DNA of 64,000 nucleotides from a virus (taxonomy: Duplodnaviria > Heunggongvirae > Uroviricota > Caudoviricetes): IMG/VR virus record IMGVR_UViG_3300044641_000519; one strand, 5' to 3'. The notes under the pieces are model-generated. The model was not told the DNA's origin, searched no databases, and saw only the letters and a list, made by a program, of their open reading frames with translations. Numbering within the stretch: the stretch's first letter is position 1; each line of letters begins with the position of its first letter. Both the position numbers and the translations under genes were made by a program. This document shows, in pieces, positions 25,447 to 36,484 of the stretch.

Positions 25447-28400
25447 TAGAATTTACATTTAAAGTCTTTAGTACTTAGATCTGTTTCTGTTTCAGGTTGC
25501 GAATTTAATTCATTTTCAACAATACCTGTAAAGTATTTTATGATTTCTGAATTAGGGATTTCATTGTTCACCTTACCTGTATTATTATCTAGCTCAGAAG
25601 GTTTGTTGAATTTATAATACTCAGAAGTGAATTGTCCATCTCCATATAAGTTTACCATCTTGAATACAAACTTTCCTTTATATGTTCTCAACGCTTCACC
25701 ACTTACAAACTTAACTTTCTGATAACCAAACATTTGTCCAATCATAGGATCACCTTTGGCTTTTAGTTCTGCATATCCTGCTCTTGTAATAGTCTTGCCA
25801 GTCATGAAGTCAATCATCTCACCATACTTAGTAGTGATGATGCGTGGAATAGTTACCATATCATAGCCAGCAGCTTTAGACTTTTCTCCTACAGTGATTA
25901 CAAGTTTATCATTCTCACCAATTCCAATCTCTGGGATTTCTACAAATCCTGTAAACTTGTATTGAGAAATTATTTCATTCTTAAACTCACCAATCTCTGT
26001 TACAGACTCTTCGTCAATATAAGGAGCAATAGCAGGAGTGATATCTGGGTTTTTCCAATTGTTTCTTTGGAACCAATTGTTGTTAGCAAACTCTTGAACG
26101 TTTGTATCTACTACAGCTGTGTTTACAATATTCTTCACTTCTGCAGAATAGTCTTCAATAGGAATGATGTTCTTAATAGATACAGCAGATTGATATGTAC
26201 CTTGTATGATAGCTACTTTGATAAGATCTTTGTATAGTTGGTTAGTATCTGGATTGTCTCTCAACTCTCTCATCATACCAATATACATGTTCTCATCATA
26301 AGCTTCTTTGATATTAGCCTTAAGCTTAATAGTCTTAGGACTGTTTGGTCTTTCTGCAGACACTACAACTAAGTCTTGTAGTATTTGTACATTAGGATAT
26401 TTTTGTTTATCTTCTTCTAACTTCACTGCTACAGACTCTGGACCAAAAGATAACTCACTGATATTCAATGGGGTCTTTCTACCTGTTTGAATAATATAAT
26501 CAAGCAAGCTTGCTGTAGCTTTCTCAGCCACTCTATTAAATGTATCTTTAGCCATGTAAAACTTCTCAGCATATTGTTGAATAGTATTCTCAAGTACTCC
26601 TCTGAATTCAGATTGGTTAAACTTAAGGATAGCACCCAACGCTGTATTAGATTGATCTAACACAGTTTTTTCTGTACCTAAGAAAGAACTGTCTAATACT
26701 TTCTCTGGAGAACTAATGGCACCTTTAGTTTGTGCACGATCAGTCATCATTTCTTTTCTATAGAAGTCATCAGCATTTCTAAACGTAGTAGTATCATAAT
26801 TGATAGCCTGTGTGAAGTTAAAGTTCTCATCAGCTAGAGTAACATAAGATAAGAACTCATTCAGTATCTTGTGTTGTTCAGCATTCTGAGCTTCAGTCAT
26901 TGCATTCTTAGTATAAGAAGATATATTATCTTCAAAGTTGCCTTCAGCAATTGTAGCTGCTTGGATAGCTTTTGGATTTGCAGGGAAGTTTATCTTAGCT
27001 TGTTTAATGTAATCAGGATTGCTTATTGCATATCTAGGAGCACCATTAGCATCTAAGTTCTTAATGTGTTCTCTTATGATAGGCTGATTCATGAACATAG
27101 CCACTGTCTTCATAGGAACACCTGCACGCTCTAACAACATGAATGTACCCACAACTCTATTGCTGTAAATAATCTTCATGATGTATGGGTCTTTAGCAAT
27201 ATCTACGAAAGCATTCGCATACATTGATAACTTATCAGAGATGTATTTACCAGCCTGGTCTAACATACCAGAAAGTGATATATGCTCAAAGCCACCATCA
27301 GTAAACTTATTATGTTGTAAAGCCATTTCTGTTTGTGGATTCTCTACAAACACATCTGTCTTTTGTGCAAGGGAATTACCTGTAATATTTACAGCAGCAA
27401 TACCAATCCATCTCTTACCAGTCAAGAACGCATGTCTTTGATTAGTCATGTAGTTTCTATCTAGCAATCTATTCTTGATATCACCTTCATCTTCTCCTCT
27501 CAATGTATCTAAATCACCAGCAATCTCTTTAAGAGTCTTATCTGTATTAGGAGAAGTTAATCTATCAAAGTTCTCTGGTAGAGTTAATAACTCTTCAATA
27601 GATCTAAAGTATTCATTCTCAAGAGATTGTTTGTAAAGCTTATCTGCTAATGTACCATAGTCATCAACTCTGCTTCCAGAGATTTCACTATTGATATCTA
27701 ACATTGCTTTGATGTCTTCTTCAAGAATAAACTTCTTAATAGCCTCTTTAGCTTGGTCTCCATATCCAAAGAATGGTACAGACTTAATCTCTCCAGAAGG
27801 AGTTACATATACATTCTTTAAGTATAGATTTAATTTATCTATATCAAAGTCAGATCCAGCCTTTGTAGTGATCTCAGAAGGAACTACAATTGTCTTACCC
27901 ATAAACTCAGGTAAGAAACCTTTTATTTTAAATACCTCTATAGAGTTTAAACCCTGTGTTGGAATACGAAATCCTATACCTTTTAATATTTCTGAATCTT
28001 TTAGTAACTCAATTAACTCTTCATCAGTCTTACCTTTAGGTAATTGTTTCTTGAACCATGCAGGAAGATATACCTCCATATATGGATCTTCTTTACTGTA
28101 GAACTTAAGAGCAGACTTCTTCAATCCTTCTCCTCTAGACTCACCAGCTTTCTCCCACATTGTTACAGGAACCTGTACTGCAGGGAAGCCATTCACCTTA
28201 GGAGATACAATAGACTTATCTACAATTGAATACAAGATGTTCTTAATCTGAATGTAGTTTGTAGATGCTTCGAATGGCATATAAAACTCTCCAGTTTCAG
28301 GATCAATAGATATACTATCAATACCATTCTCAGACATTTCTCTCTTAAGCATCTCTTGTCTTAATGTATCAGCTACAACAGTTTTGTCTTTAACAACAAA

Positions 28401-31400
28401 GTTGTCACCTAGATCTTCGATACCAAGCTTTCTTAATAACTCTTGATATCCATTAAGTAACATCTCTTTTAACACCTCAGTGTTCTTTTCTACTGCCTTT
28501 CTAGCAGCTTCATTATTAGCCTTACCATTATTATATAAGTCAACAGTAGACAACTTAGTTAACTGAGAACCAAGAGTTTGTTTGCTATCTTTGTCATAGC
28601 TGTTCTCTACTTGAATACCATAAGTATCCCAACCAACATTGATTGTATTGTTAAATGCTTCTTCATTAAAGCTACCATCTTCATTGTATAATTTGTGTAA
28701 CTTCTCAGCACCCACCTTTCTACCAGAAACTACAATAGCATAATCATATCCTTCTTTGAACATTTTCTCATAAAGCTTACCTAAATTAGTTCCTTTGATA
28801 GCCTTATAATACAAAGGCATTTGAGAGAACTTATCTAACACTAGATCAAAGTTTACTTTACCAAATTTGTTACCAGACACAATAGGTTTTAATTCCTCTA
28901 TAAAATTCTTAGGCTCAGGTTGTTCTACTAATGCTTCATCATGTTTACGTAATACTTCACTTCTATATGTGTAGCTAGGAACATTTTGTCTTGTGTAAGC
29001 CATTTGCCATTGATGCCAATCTTCAGCTTCATCAGACCATTGACCATTCTTTAACTTCACTTCTTTAAACGCACCATCCATAATCCAAGAAGCAGCATCT
29101 GCCTCTTTTGATTTAGGATAGAAACTATCTATCATTTCTACTTCAGCAGCTGTGAATGTCTTAGCAAAGTTTTTATGCTCATGATATCCATAATCATTAG
29201 GTGTTAATTGAACACCAGCCACTGTGTTGTATTCACTATTGAATAAGTTGTTAAACTCATCAGAGTTTACAGTGATTCTTCTTGGAGATAAGAAAGACTT
29301 AATACGCTTAGTCTCATCTAATTGATTGTCCTTAATCTCAAACTGATATGGATCACCAAACAAGATCTTATGGAACTCCACGTTGTTAATCATGTAGTTA
29401 GCATTAGCAAACTTGATAACATTATTAACATCTTGATCTGTCAAAGCTAACTTATTCAAGCCAGCCTTTTCAGTGAATCTATTCTCTAGTTCAGGCATTA
29501 GGAAACTACCTGCTTCTTTACCAGCAATAACCTTTTGTGTTTCCACTAAGTTTTGTCTAGTCTTGATAACAGTGTTATCTAATGACTTTAAAATACTTGA
29601 ATCTAAACCAGGTTGTTCGTCTTTATCCTCACGATTCTTAGCAATGAAATCATTAATCTCTACTTCTGATGCTCTCTTCTCAATAAGAGTATTTATCTCC
29701 TTTAACAAGTTAGCAGGAAGCATATCCTTTAAGAATCTAAGTTCTGTAGCTTTATCTCCTACGTTTCTAAGCTTAGTTCTATTGGTGCTATCTTGAGCTA
29801 ACTTAATCTCATCTTTTAAATATCCTAGGAATGTGTCAGTGAATAGCGTATCTATATTACCAGCAGCTACATCTGTATAGGCAATTGTATTACCTAAGTC
29901 CATCATCCATTCTCTAGAACTATCTGCAGGGATTAATACATAATATCTACCATCTAGGTTTTGGTTCATTTCTGTAATGTACCTATCACCTATGCTTAGA
30001 GAAGATGTTGTTTGTCCTGCGTTATCTACAACATCCTTAACTCCCTGTATGTATTGTAACTTGATCTCAGCAATTCTATTACCTTCTTCATCAAAGAACT
30101 TACCACCTAGCTTTAACACTTGGCTGTTTGTAGAGAATACATCATTTAACTGAGGCATGTTCTGCTTCAATTCTTCTAATGTGTCAGAAGAGTTAAATAC
30201 GTATTCTAATAAAGAAGGATAGTTTGCATCTGTGTCAGATTGTATTCTATTACCATCTACACCAAAGTATGTGCTGTCTTCTGCAGGAGAAGCAGCCACT
30301 GTATATAACTTAGCTAACTCATTTAACTGTGTACGAATACCAAGTTTTCTACCACCAAAGCTCATCAACTCATCTGTCTTACTAAGACCTAACTTAATAC
30401 CACTTACAGCGTCAGAGAAAGCTTTCTTGTTCTTCACCTTATTGTATACAGCCATTGGGAACTCGATACCCAACTCTCCTAAGAACTCTATCTTATCTTG
30501 AGGAGTCTTAATGTTGTAATCCTCTTTCTTAACTGTATAAATCTTTCTCTTCTCATTGTAGCTAATGATAGAACCAGGCTGTTCAGCCTTAGTCTTCATA
30601 TTCTCTATCCACTCAGATCTTGTTGCAGCAATAGCAGAAGCTTGATTAGCAGGAGCAGTGTATATGTTATTACCATCCATGAACATAGCTAACGCATCAG
30701 GTCTTTGTTTTGTAAACACCTGATAGAAGTTAGTAAACAATCTAATGTCATGAGGTTTATAAGAATTAAAGTCAATCTTACCAGTGGTTAGATTACCACC
30801 TAAACGCTCAAACAATCTAACGTAGTCACTGTTTTGTTTAGCTAATTCATGTAGCTTAGATACAAACTCAGGGATGTTTCTTGTGTTAGAAAGTCTATTC
30901 ATCAAAGTTGTGAACGCTTGATTAAAAGGCAATAACTTAAGTCCACCAATACTAGATGTATCAGCTTCAGGACGTTTAAGTACTGCACTTGCTTCTTGGT
31001 TCAAACCTTTTGTCTTAATCAAAGTACCAATCAATAACTTAACAGCGTATGGAGAAGACTTTTTGAAATTAACAGTGAATGCTTCAGCTGCATAGTCTTT
31101 TCTATTAGCACCATCATCATTAACTGTAACTCTACTATCTTCATCAAACTCAATTCTGTATGTCTTCAAGAACTCTTTAGTTCTTTCAACTAACTTAACG
31201 TATTGATTCTCAGTGATTTGTGTTGCAGGGTTATCACCTATAACATTGTTCTGTATGTATTTCTCCTTGATTCTATTAAATAAATCAGAAGCTGTAATAT
31301 CTTCTACATTAAACAAAGAGCTATTGTTGGCAAATATTTCACCAAATACTCTAGCTGTAATGTCTTGTACAAACTCATTAGTTTGTTTAGCATTTATACC

Positions 31401-34400
31401 TTCAATCTTTCTATACTCAGCAGCTTCATTCTTAATAGTTTCAGGAAGTGTTCTATCTGCAAACTCACCTGTATTTATAGCTTTGAATAAATCTTCTTTC
31501 AATGTAGGTTTATTTACAAATGATTTGAAGAAATCCATAATAGCTTTGAAGAAGTTCTTGATTTTTTCTGTAAGGTTTCTAGCAGGTAACTTACCAAGTC
31601 TGAACTCAGCAAAGTCATCAGCTATTCTTTCCTTAGCTTGTTGATCTGTAGCATTTGCATAATCTATTCTTCTACCAGACTCTCTATCTAAGAAAGAACC
31701 TGTTTGAGCTTTGAACTCATCAAGGATAGATTGTTGTTCTCCTTGAGATAAGAACCCTTTCCAAATACCTTCAAATATCTCATGGTACTCTGTACCTCTC
31801 TGAGATCCCTTAAAGAACTTAGCTACACCATTCTCAAATGCTCCCCATGCTTTCTCTGTGCTATTGATATTAATAACATTCTCTAACACTTCGTAAGGAA
31901 TATTAGGAGTGTTCTGAGCGTGCCATTCTTTAAACAATGCAAGCTCAGCATCACTTATTCTATCTACATCTGTTCTACCTATTCTTCTGTATTCAGCATC
32001 ACCAATATTGATGTTCTTAGGTTGTTCTGTTTGTTCAGGTTTTTCTTCAATAGGAGCTACTTCTGCTTTATCTCTTTTAAGCTTAGCTGTGATGAACGCA
32101 GCAGCAAACTTAGCAGCAGTCTCAATAGGTTGGTCTAACTCTTCATACTTACCTTCATCTTTAAGTTTTTGTGTAGCTACAGCCATTAACTCTGGACTAT
32201 CAACAATCTTCTGAATGTTTGGATTCTCACCAACTAACTCTACAGTGAAGTCACCTTTACTATCTGTTGTAACTTTATATGTAACATCTCCTACATTAGA
32301 CTTATATGTCTCCACTCCAGCTTCTGCAGGTTTAACTACAGATTGTTTTGGAAGTTCTAAGCCATTTAGAATAATATACTTTTGCTTATGTGTATAAGGA
32401 ACAGCTACTGTAGGTTTAACTACATTGGTTGTCAAAGGAGCTATACGTCCAGATCCATCAGGGTTCTTACTTGCTAACAAATAAGACTGATAGTTCTTCC
32501 AGCTTCTTTGTGCTAACTTACCAGCAGCATCTACATAGAATTCTACAAATGGTTCACCTAGTCCTAAGTTAACTGTGAAGCTATTTACATTATGAAACAC
32601 TCCTTGTAAATCACTTACAATAGGAATCTCTTGTTTCTCTATATTAGCAAAGTCATATGTATTAGTTCCAATGTGTAATACAGATCCTTCTATATAAATA
32701 CGATTGCTACTTCCTTCACCCACACCTTTTGCTACAGCATCTGCGTTGGTATAGAATGTAACACCTTGTAAAAATCTCTTATATATCTCATTAAACTTAA
32801 CTGGCTTCTTAGCAGCAATTTGTTGCTTAGCTTCATTAGACATAGCTTTGAGTACATTATAAATTGCACTTGCTTGGTCTTTAGTTAAGTTAGAATTGTT
32901 TAAGTATTCTAATGTATCTTGGTCTTGGAATACAGGTCTTCCATTAGGAAAGTTATAAGTTATACCATCTACATGGTCAATACCTTTTTTAGTTACAACA
33001 GTCAATACTTGTTGCGTAGCAATTTGATTCTCAGGAATAAGAACACCACCTACAGATTTCTTAACGTCATCTGTAATAGCAATACCTCTAGATGGAGTGA
33101 AGTTAAATATTGGATATTCTTCTTCAGCAGCTTCTCTTAAGTCTTTACGATATACTTCGTATGCAGCTAACTCTAATGCAGCTTGTTCTTCTTGACCAGT
33201 TCTATTTCTAGATTCACCTTTGCTATTAGTTAATTTAGCAGCAGGCATGCTTGTAAATACCACCTTATTCAAGTCTACTTGCTCACCCACCTTACCAATA
33301 GGATTGCCATTCTTATCTACAAATTGTCTTTCTCCTTTCTTATCTTCTACAAATACAAGACCAACGAATCCTTCAATAGGATCATTTAATAAACCTGTAT
33401 CAAAGTTACCTTCTCTAAAAGATAGTTCACCAAGACCAGCTAATCCTAATGCAGCTTCTTGCTTCTGAGTGACAATGATGGTTTTGATGTTCTTCTTATT
33501 CTTAAAGGTCTTTACCTTGTTTATAAACTCATTATAACGTGTAACGTTAGGAGCTAATACTTTTTCCCAGTCAATAGAAGCAGACGTAGAAGATGTAAAC
33601 AATATACCTGCATCTTTCTTAGGAGTTTCTTTAGGACTAGGACTGTTCATTAAGTCTTCATCATTGTTGCCTGTTGGGACAACTCCAGATGTAGCAGCAA
33701 TATCAGTTTGTGCAGATTTAATCTTATCTGCTACAGCATTCATCTTCTCTCTATTAGCTTGAAGATCAGCTTGTTCTTTTAAATACGTTTCTGAAAGTGC
33801 ATTGAATTCAGTCTCAACAGCATCAATTAATTGTGCATTGTTTAAAGAGTTAAGAGATGCTAACTTATCTTCTCCCTCAGGAAGTGTTACACCTGCAAAC
33901 TCAGGAGTAGATAATACATTATCAATAGCAGCATCCATGATGTCTCTCAACTCTGGTGATTCTGCACCCTCATCTGCTAAGTCTATTGTTGCAAAATCTT
34001 CAGGAGTCAAGAAGCTTACATTACCTCTAGGTAACTGCACTTCAAACTCACCACCAAGTGTTTGAGATAACACCTTAATCTTAGGTGCTAGGGTAAGTGT
34101 ATTGTCTTCCTTTTTAACAGGTTGTTTCAAGAAGTACTCTTTACCAACCTCTAGTTTTCTTTCTTTCTTTGTAGGGAACAATTCAATTTGTCCTTCTGGA
34201 GTAACTTGTTCTTCTTCTTCTGTAACTGTTACAGGCACTTCTTCTGTGGTACCAAACTCTACATCAGGCTTGAATTGGAATTCTGTAGGATTAGTCTTGA
34301 TAGCATCATACTCATCAATAAACATTTTCCTACGTAAGCCTAACTCAATGATATCAGACAATGCTGTCTTTAAATCATCCTTGGTCTCAGAAGTTACATC

Positions 34401-36479
34401 CATCTCATTGATTTGTTTCAATGATTCTTCTACAGCTTCCTTGTTAGGTTTGTTTTCTTTGATGATACTTTGTAATATGTCCTGTGTATTTACACCTGCT
34501 GTGAACAATAGATTGTTTACTTCAGGAATACGCAAGTCATAGCTACCCACCTTAGCTAAAGAATACACCATCTTATCTAAGATCTCTGATGTATAGCCAG
34601 GTTGATTACTATATTTTCTACCTAATGAATCATATAGGTCATCAATATTTTTAGTAATTCTTGTAATGTTTGTAAGTCTCTTTAAGAAGTCTTCTCTACT
34701 TTCACCAGCATTTACAATACCATTTGTAATTAACTCTTGGAATCCTTCTTCTGTAGATGATTGTTGAGAATAATAAGATAACTCTTCTCCAACAGATCCC
34801 ACCTTACCATACTTAACTCTTGGCATAATGTAAGATAGAGTGAAATCATTCTCAAAATCTTTCTCAGAAACCTTATCATTATTTACAATAGCTTGTTGTC
34901 TAGCTTTTTGAGAACCAATACCAATACCAATGTATCTAGCATAATCTCCAAGTACAGTTTCAATATTACTTTGATTCAAAGCACCTAGAGCAATATCTGT
35001 GTTAGCTTTTCTTACTCCACCAGTACCTAATATTCCTTGTTCTTTGATAGTTTGTCTAGCTTGTTGTAGTCCACCAGAAAGACCACCAATTAAGATGCTC
35101 TCTAAACCTTCTTTAGTAGATATAGCATCTTCTACACCTTTACCAAGAACGTTACCCATAACACCACTTAAGCTAGTTAAGAAGTCTTGAGTTCCTTGTC
35201 TGTTTCTAAATGCTCTGTTGAAGTAATCATTTGTACCTACTTGGATGGCAAACTGTGCACCTTCTTCAAATGCTTCTGTTGGAGCAAAGAATAGTTTTGA
35301 AACATCCTTTGATCTTTGTAACACCTTTCCAAACTTAGTAGATGGAACTACCTCTGTAAAGGCAGCACCTTGTCCCTTCTTTTCAATCTGATTAAGTAAC
35401 ATCTTATCAGCTCTATTAGAAGAACCTAATATCTTTGGAAGTTGAATATAGTTTGTGCCAGTTAACAATAAAGTATTCATTCCCCAAGTGAAGTTACCTA
35501 CATTGTTTGAGTAATCATCAATCTCATCTAAGTCAGCACCTGTAGGATTCTTACCATATTTTTGAACATATTGTTCTATTGCCTTTTGTCTAAAGTCATT
35601 TGTATTTTGTAAAGCCTCCAATGAAGCTTCACCAAACGTACCCATTGTAGAAGCAATGATTCTATCAGGATCACTTAGTATTTTAGCTACAGGAGTCTTT
35701 AAATATTTCTGTGTTACAGAATTAACTGCACCATCAAATGCAGCAAATTGATTTACCTTTGGTACAGCTACCATTGCTTCCTCAGCAGCAGTAACTGCTT
35801 CTAGCCCACGACCTGCTCTAACAAGAGCATTTGTCTTACCCATTACATTTAGTAACTTAGTCCAAGCCACACCACCACCTATAGCACCCACTGTATATCC
35901 TAAGTTTTTTATCAACTTGTCTGAGAAGAAGTTAGCAGTCCAGATATTATCAGAAGACCACCAGTCAGCATCTCTTTCTTTAGCTGTGTAATAGTTAGGA
36001 GCAACATCTTCCAATCCTGTAATAAACGTTTCATCCATGTCTCTAGTAACATCATTGTTATAGAGATTAGAAAACTTACCATTCTTTATAGCAGAACCAG
36101 CACCATATAAAAACCCAGCAGTACCAGCAACAAAAGAAGCTGCAGCAGTGCCTGCCATTTTAATAGCACCATTCTTAAACTTATCTACACTAGACTGTTG
36201 TTGACCATACATTTCTTCAAGGTTTTCACCAGATCTAACAGCAGCATATCTCTCACCACTATAAATATTTGCTGATGGAATAGCTTCTCTACCTTTTGGT
36301 TTATCACCTGCATAAGCAGCTTGTAAAAACAAATCAGTTACAGAAGGAGTAGGTAGTTTAGCTGTCTTTACAGCACCCCCACCACCAAGTACAGGTGTAG
36401 TTGGAAAACCTTCAATTGTACCACCAAGGTTGACAATCTTTGGCTTTGGTCCAAATGTATCTAATGTATTATCTTCCAT
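25446..36479 (-). CDS. giant (3677 aa) virion protein with RNA-polymerase-like double-psi beta-barrel catalytic motif (putative virion-packaged RNAP)
   Basis: AGSDFDIDKLNLY (aa ~2875, DNA 27837-27851) parallels the universal NADFDGDEMNLH Mg-binding motif of beta'/Rpb1 and the DxDxD of the crAss-like phi14:2 gp66 virion RNAP; single uninterrupted ORF. Confidence 0.55.
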   Translation of the reverse strand: MEDNTLDTFGPKPKIVNLGGTIEGFPTTPVLGGGGAVKTAKLPTPSVTDLFLQAAYAGDKPKGREAIPSANIYSGERYAAVRSGENLEEMYGQQQSSVDKFKNGAIKMAGTAAASFVAGTAGFLYGAGSAIKNGKFSNLYNNDVTRDMDETFITGLEDVAPNYYTAKERDADWWSSDNIWTANFFSDKLIKNLGYTVGAIGGGVAWTKLLNVMGKTNALVRAGRGLEAVTAAEEAMVAVPKVNQFAAFDGAVNSVTQKYLKTPVAKILSDPDRIIASTMGTFGEASLEALQNTNDFRQKAIEQYVQKYGKNPTGADLDEIDDYSNNVGNFTWGMNTLLLTGTNYIQLPKILGSSNRADKMLLNQIEKKGQGAAFTEVVPSTKFGKVLQRSKDVSKLFFAPTEAFEEGAQFAIQVGTNDYFNRAFRNRQGTQDFLTSLSGVMGNVLGKGVEDAISTKEGLESILIGGLSGGLQQARQTIKEQGILGTGGVRKANTDIALGALNQSNIETVLGDYARYIGIGIGSQKARQQAIVNNDKVSEKDFENDFTLSYIMPRVKYGKVGSVGEELSYYSQQSSTEEGFQELITNGIVNAGESREDFLKRLTNITRITKNIDDLYDSLGRKYSNQPGYTSEILDKMVYSLAKVGSYDLRIPEVNNLLFTAGVNTQDILQSIIKENKPNKEAVEESLKQINEMDVTSETKDDLKTALSDIIELGLRRKMFIDEYDAIKTNPTEFQFKPDVEFGTTEEVPVTVTEEEEQVTPEGQIELFPTKKERKLEVGKEYFLKQPVKKEDNTLTLAPKIKVLSQTLGGEFEVQLPRGNVSFLTPEDFATIDLADEGAESPELRDIMDAAIDNVLSTPEFAGVTLPEGEDKLASLNSLNNAQLIDAVETEFNALSETYLKEQADLQANREKMNAVADKIKSAQTDIAATSGVVPTGNNDEDLMNSPSPKETPKKDAGILFTSSTSASIDWEKVLAPNVTRYNEFINKVKTFKNKKNIKTIIVTQKQEAALGLAGLGELSFREGNFDTGLLNDPIEGFVGLVFVEDKKGERQFVDKNGNPIGKVGEQVDLNKVVFTSMPAAKLTNSKGESRNRTGQEEQAALELAAYEVYRKDLREAAEEEYPIFNFTPSRGIAITDDVKKSVGGVLIPENQIATQQVLTVVTKKGIDHVDGITYNFPNGRPVFQDQDTLEYLNNSNLTKDQASAIYNVLKAMSNEAKQQIAAKKPVKFNEIYKRFLQGVTFYTNADAVAKGVGEGSSNRIYIEGSVLHIGTNTYDFANIEKQEIPIVSDLQGVFHNVNSFTVNLGLGEPFVEFYVDAAGKLAQRSWKNYQSYLLASKNPDGSGRIAPLTTNVVKPTVAVPYTHKQKYIILNGLELPKQSVVKPAEAGVETYKSNVGDVTYKVTTDSKGDFTVELVGENPNIQKIVDSPELMAVATQKLKDEGKYEELDQPIETAAKFAAAFITAKLKRDKAEVAPIEEKPEQTEQPKNINIGDAEYRRIGRTDVDRISDAELALFKEWHAQNTPNIPYEVLENVININSTEKAWGAFENGVAKFFKGSQRGTEYHEIFEGIWKGFLSQGEQQSILDEFKAQTGSFLDRESGRRIDYANATDQQAKERIADDFAEFRLGKLPARNLTEKIKNFFKAIMDFFKSFVNKPTLKEDLFKAINTGEFADRTLPETIKNEAAEYRKIEGINAKQTNEFVQDITARVFGEIFANNSSLFNVEDITASDLFNRIKEKYIQNNVIGDNPATQITENQYVKLVERTKEFLKTYRIEFDEDSRVTVNDDGANRKDYAAEAFTVNFKKSSPYAVKLLIGTLIKTKGLNQEASAVLKRPEADTSSIGGLKLLPFNQAFTTLMNRLSNTRNIPEFVSKLHELAKQNSDYVRLFERLGGNLTTGKIDFNSYKPHDIRLFTNFYQVFTKQRPDALAMFMDGNNIYTAPANQASAIAATRSEWIENMKTKAEQPGSIISYNEKRKIYTVKKEDYNIKTPQDKIEFLGELGIEFPMAVYNKVKNKKAFSDAVSGIKLGLSKTDELMSFGGRKLGIRTQLNELAKLYTVAASPAEDSTYFGVDGNRIQSDTDANYPSLLEYVFNSSDTLEELKQNMPQLNDVFSTNSQVLKLGGKFFDEEGNRIAEIKLQYIQGVKDVVDNAGQTTSSLSIGDRYITEMNQNLDGRYYVLIPADSSREWMMDLGNTIAYTDVAAGNIDTLFTDTFLGYLKDEIKLAQDSTNRTKLRNVGDKATELRFLKDMLPANLLKEINTLIEKRASEVEINDFIAKNREDKDEQPGLDSSILKSLDNTVIKTRQNLVETQKVIAGKEAGSFLMPELENRFTEKAGLNKLALTDQDVNNVIKFANANYMINNVEFHKILFGDPYQFEIKDNQLDETKRIKSFLSPRRITVNSDEFNNLFNSEYNTVAGVQLTPNDYGYHEHKNFAKTFTAAEVEMIDSFYPKSKEADAASWIMDGAFKEVKLKNGQWSDEAEDWHQWQMAYTRQNVPSYTYRSEVLRKHDEALVEQPEPKNFIEELKPIVSGNKFGKVNFDLVLDKFSQMPLYYKAIKGTNLGKLYEKMFKEGYDYAIVVSGRKVGAEKLHKLYNEDGSFNEEAFNNTINVGWDTYGIQVENSYDKDSKQTLGSQLTKLSTVDLYNNGKANNEAARKAVEKNTEVLKEMLLNGYQELLRKLGIEDLGDNFVVKDKTVVADTLRQEMLKREMSENGIDSISIDPETGEFYMPFEASTNYIQIKNILYSIVDKSIVSPKVNGFPAVQVPVTMWEKAGESRGEGLKKSALKFYSKEDPYMEVYLPAWFKKQLPKGKTDEELIELLKDSEILKGIGFRIPTQGLNSIEVFKIKGFLPEFMGKTIVVPSEITTKAGSDFDIDKLNLYLKNVYVTPSGEIKSVPFFGYGDQAKEAIKKFILEEDIKAMLDINSEISGSRVDDYGTLADKLYKQSLENEYFRSIEELLTLPENFDRLTSPNTDKTLKEIAGDLDTLRGEDEGDIKNRLLDRNYMTNQRHAFLTGKRWIGIAAVNITGNSLAQKTDVFVENPQTEMALQHNKFTDGGFEHISLSGMLDQAGKYISDKLSMYANAFVDIAKDPYIMKIIYSNRVVGTFMLLERAGVPMKTVAMFMNQPIIREHIKNLDANGAPRYAISNPDYIKQAKINFPANPKAIQAATIAEGNFEDNISSYTKNAMTEAQNAEQHKILNEFLSYVTLADENFNFTQAINYDTTTFRNADDFYRKEMMTDRAQTKGAISSPEKVLDSSFLGTEKTVLDQSNTALGAILKFNQSEFRGVLENTIQQYAEKFYMAKDTFNRVAEKATASLLDYIIQTGRKTPLNISELSFGPESVAVKLEEDKQKYPNVQILQDLVVVSAERPNSPKTIKLKANIKEAYDENMYIGMMRELRDNPDTNQLYKDLIKVAIIQGTYQSAVSIKNIIPIEDYSAEVKNIVNTAVVDTNVQEFANNNWFQRNNWKNPDITPAIAPYIDEESVTEIGEFKNEIISQYKFTGFVEIPEIGIGENDKLVITVGEKSKAAGYDMVTIPRIITTKYGEMIDFMTGKTITRAGYAELKAKGDPMIGQMFGYQKVKFVSGEALRTYKGKFVFKMVNLYGDGQFTSEYYKFNKPSELDNNTGKVNNEIPNSEIIKYFTGIVENELNSQPETETDLSTKDFKCKF

Positions 36480-36484
36480 TTATA

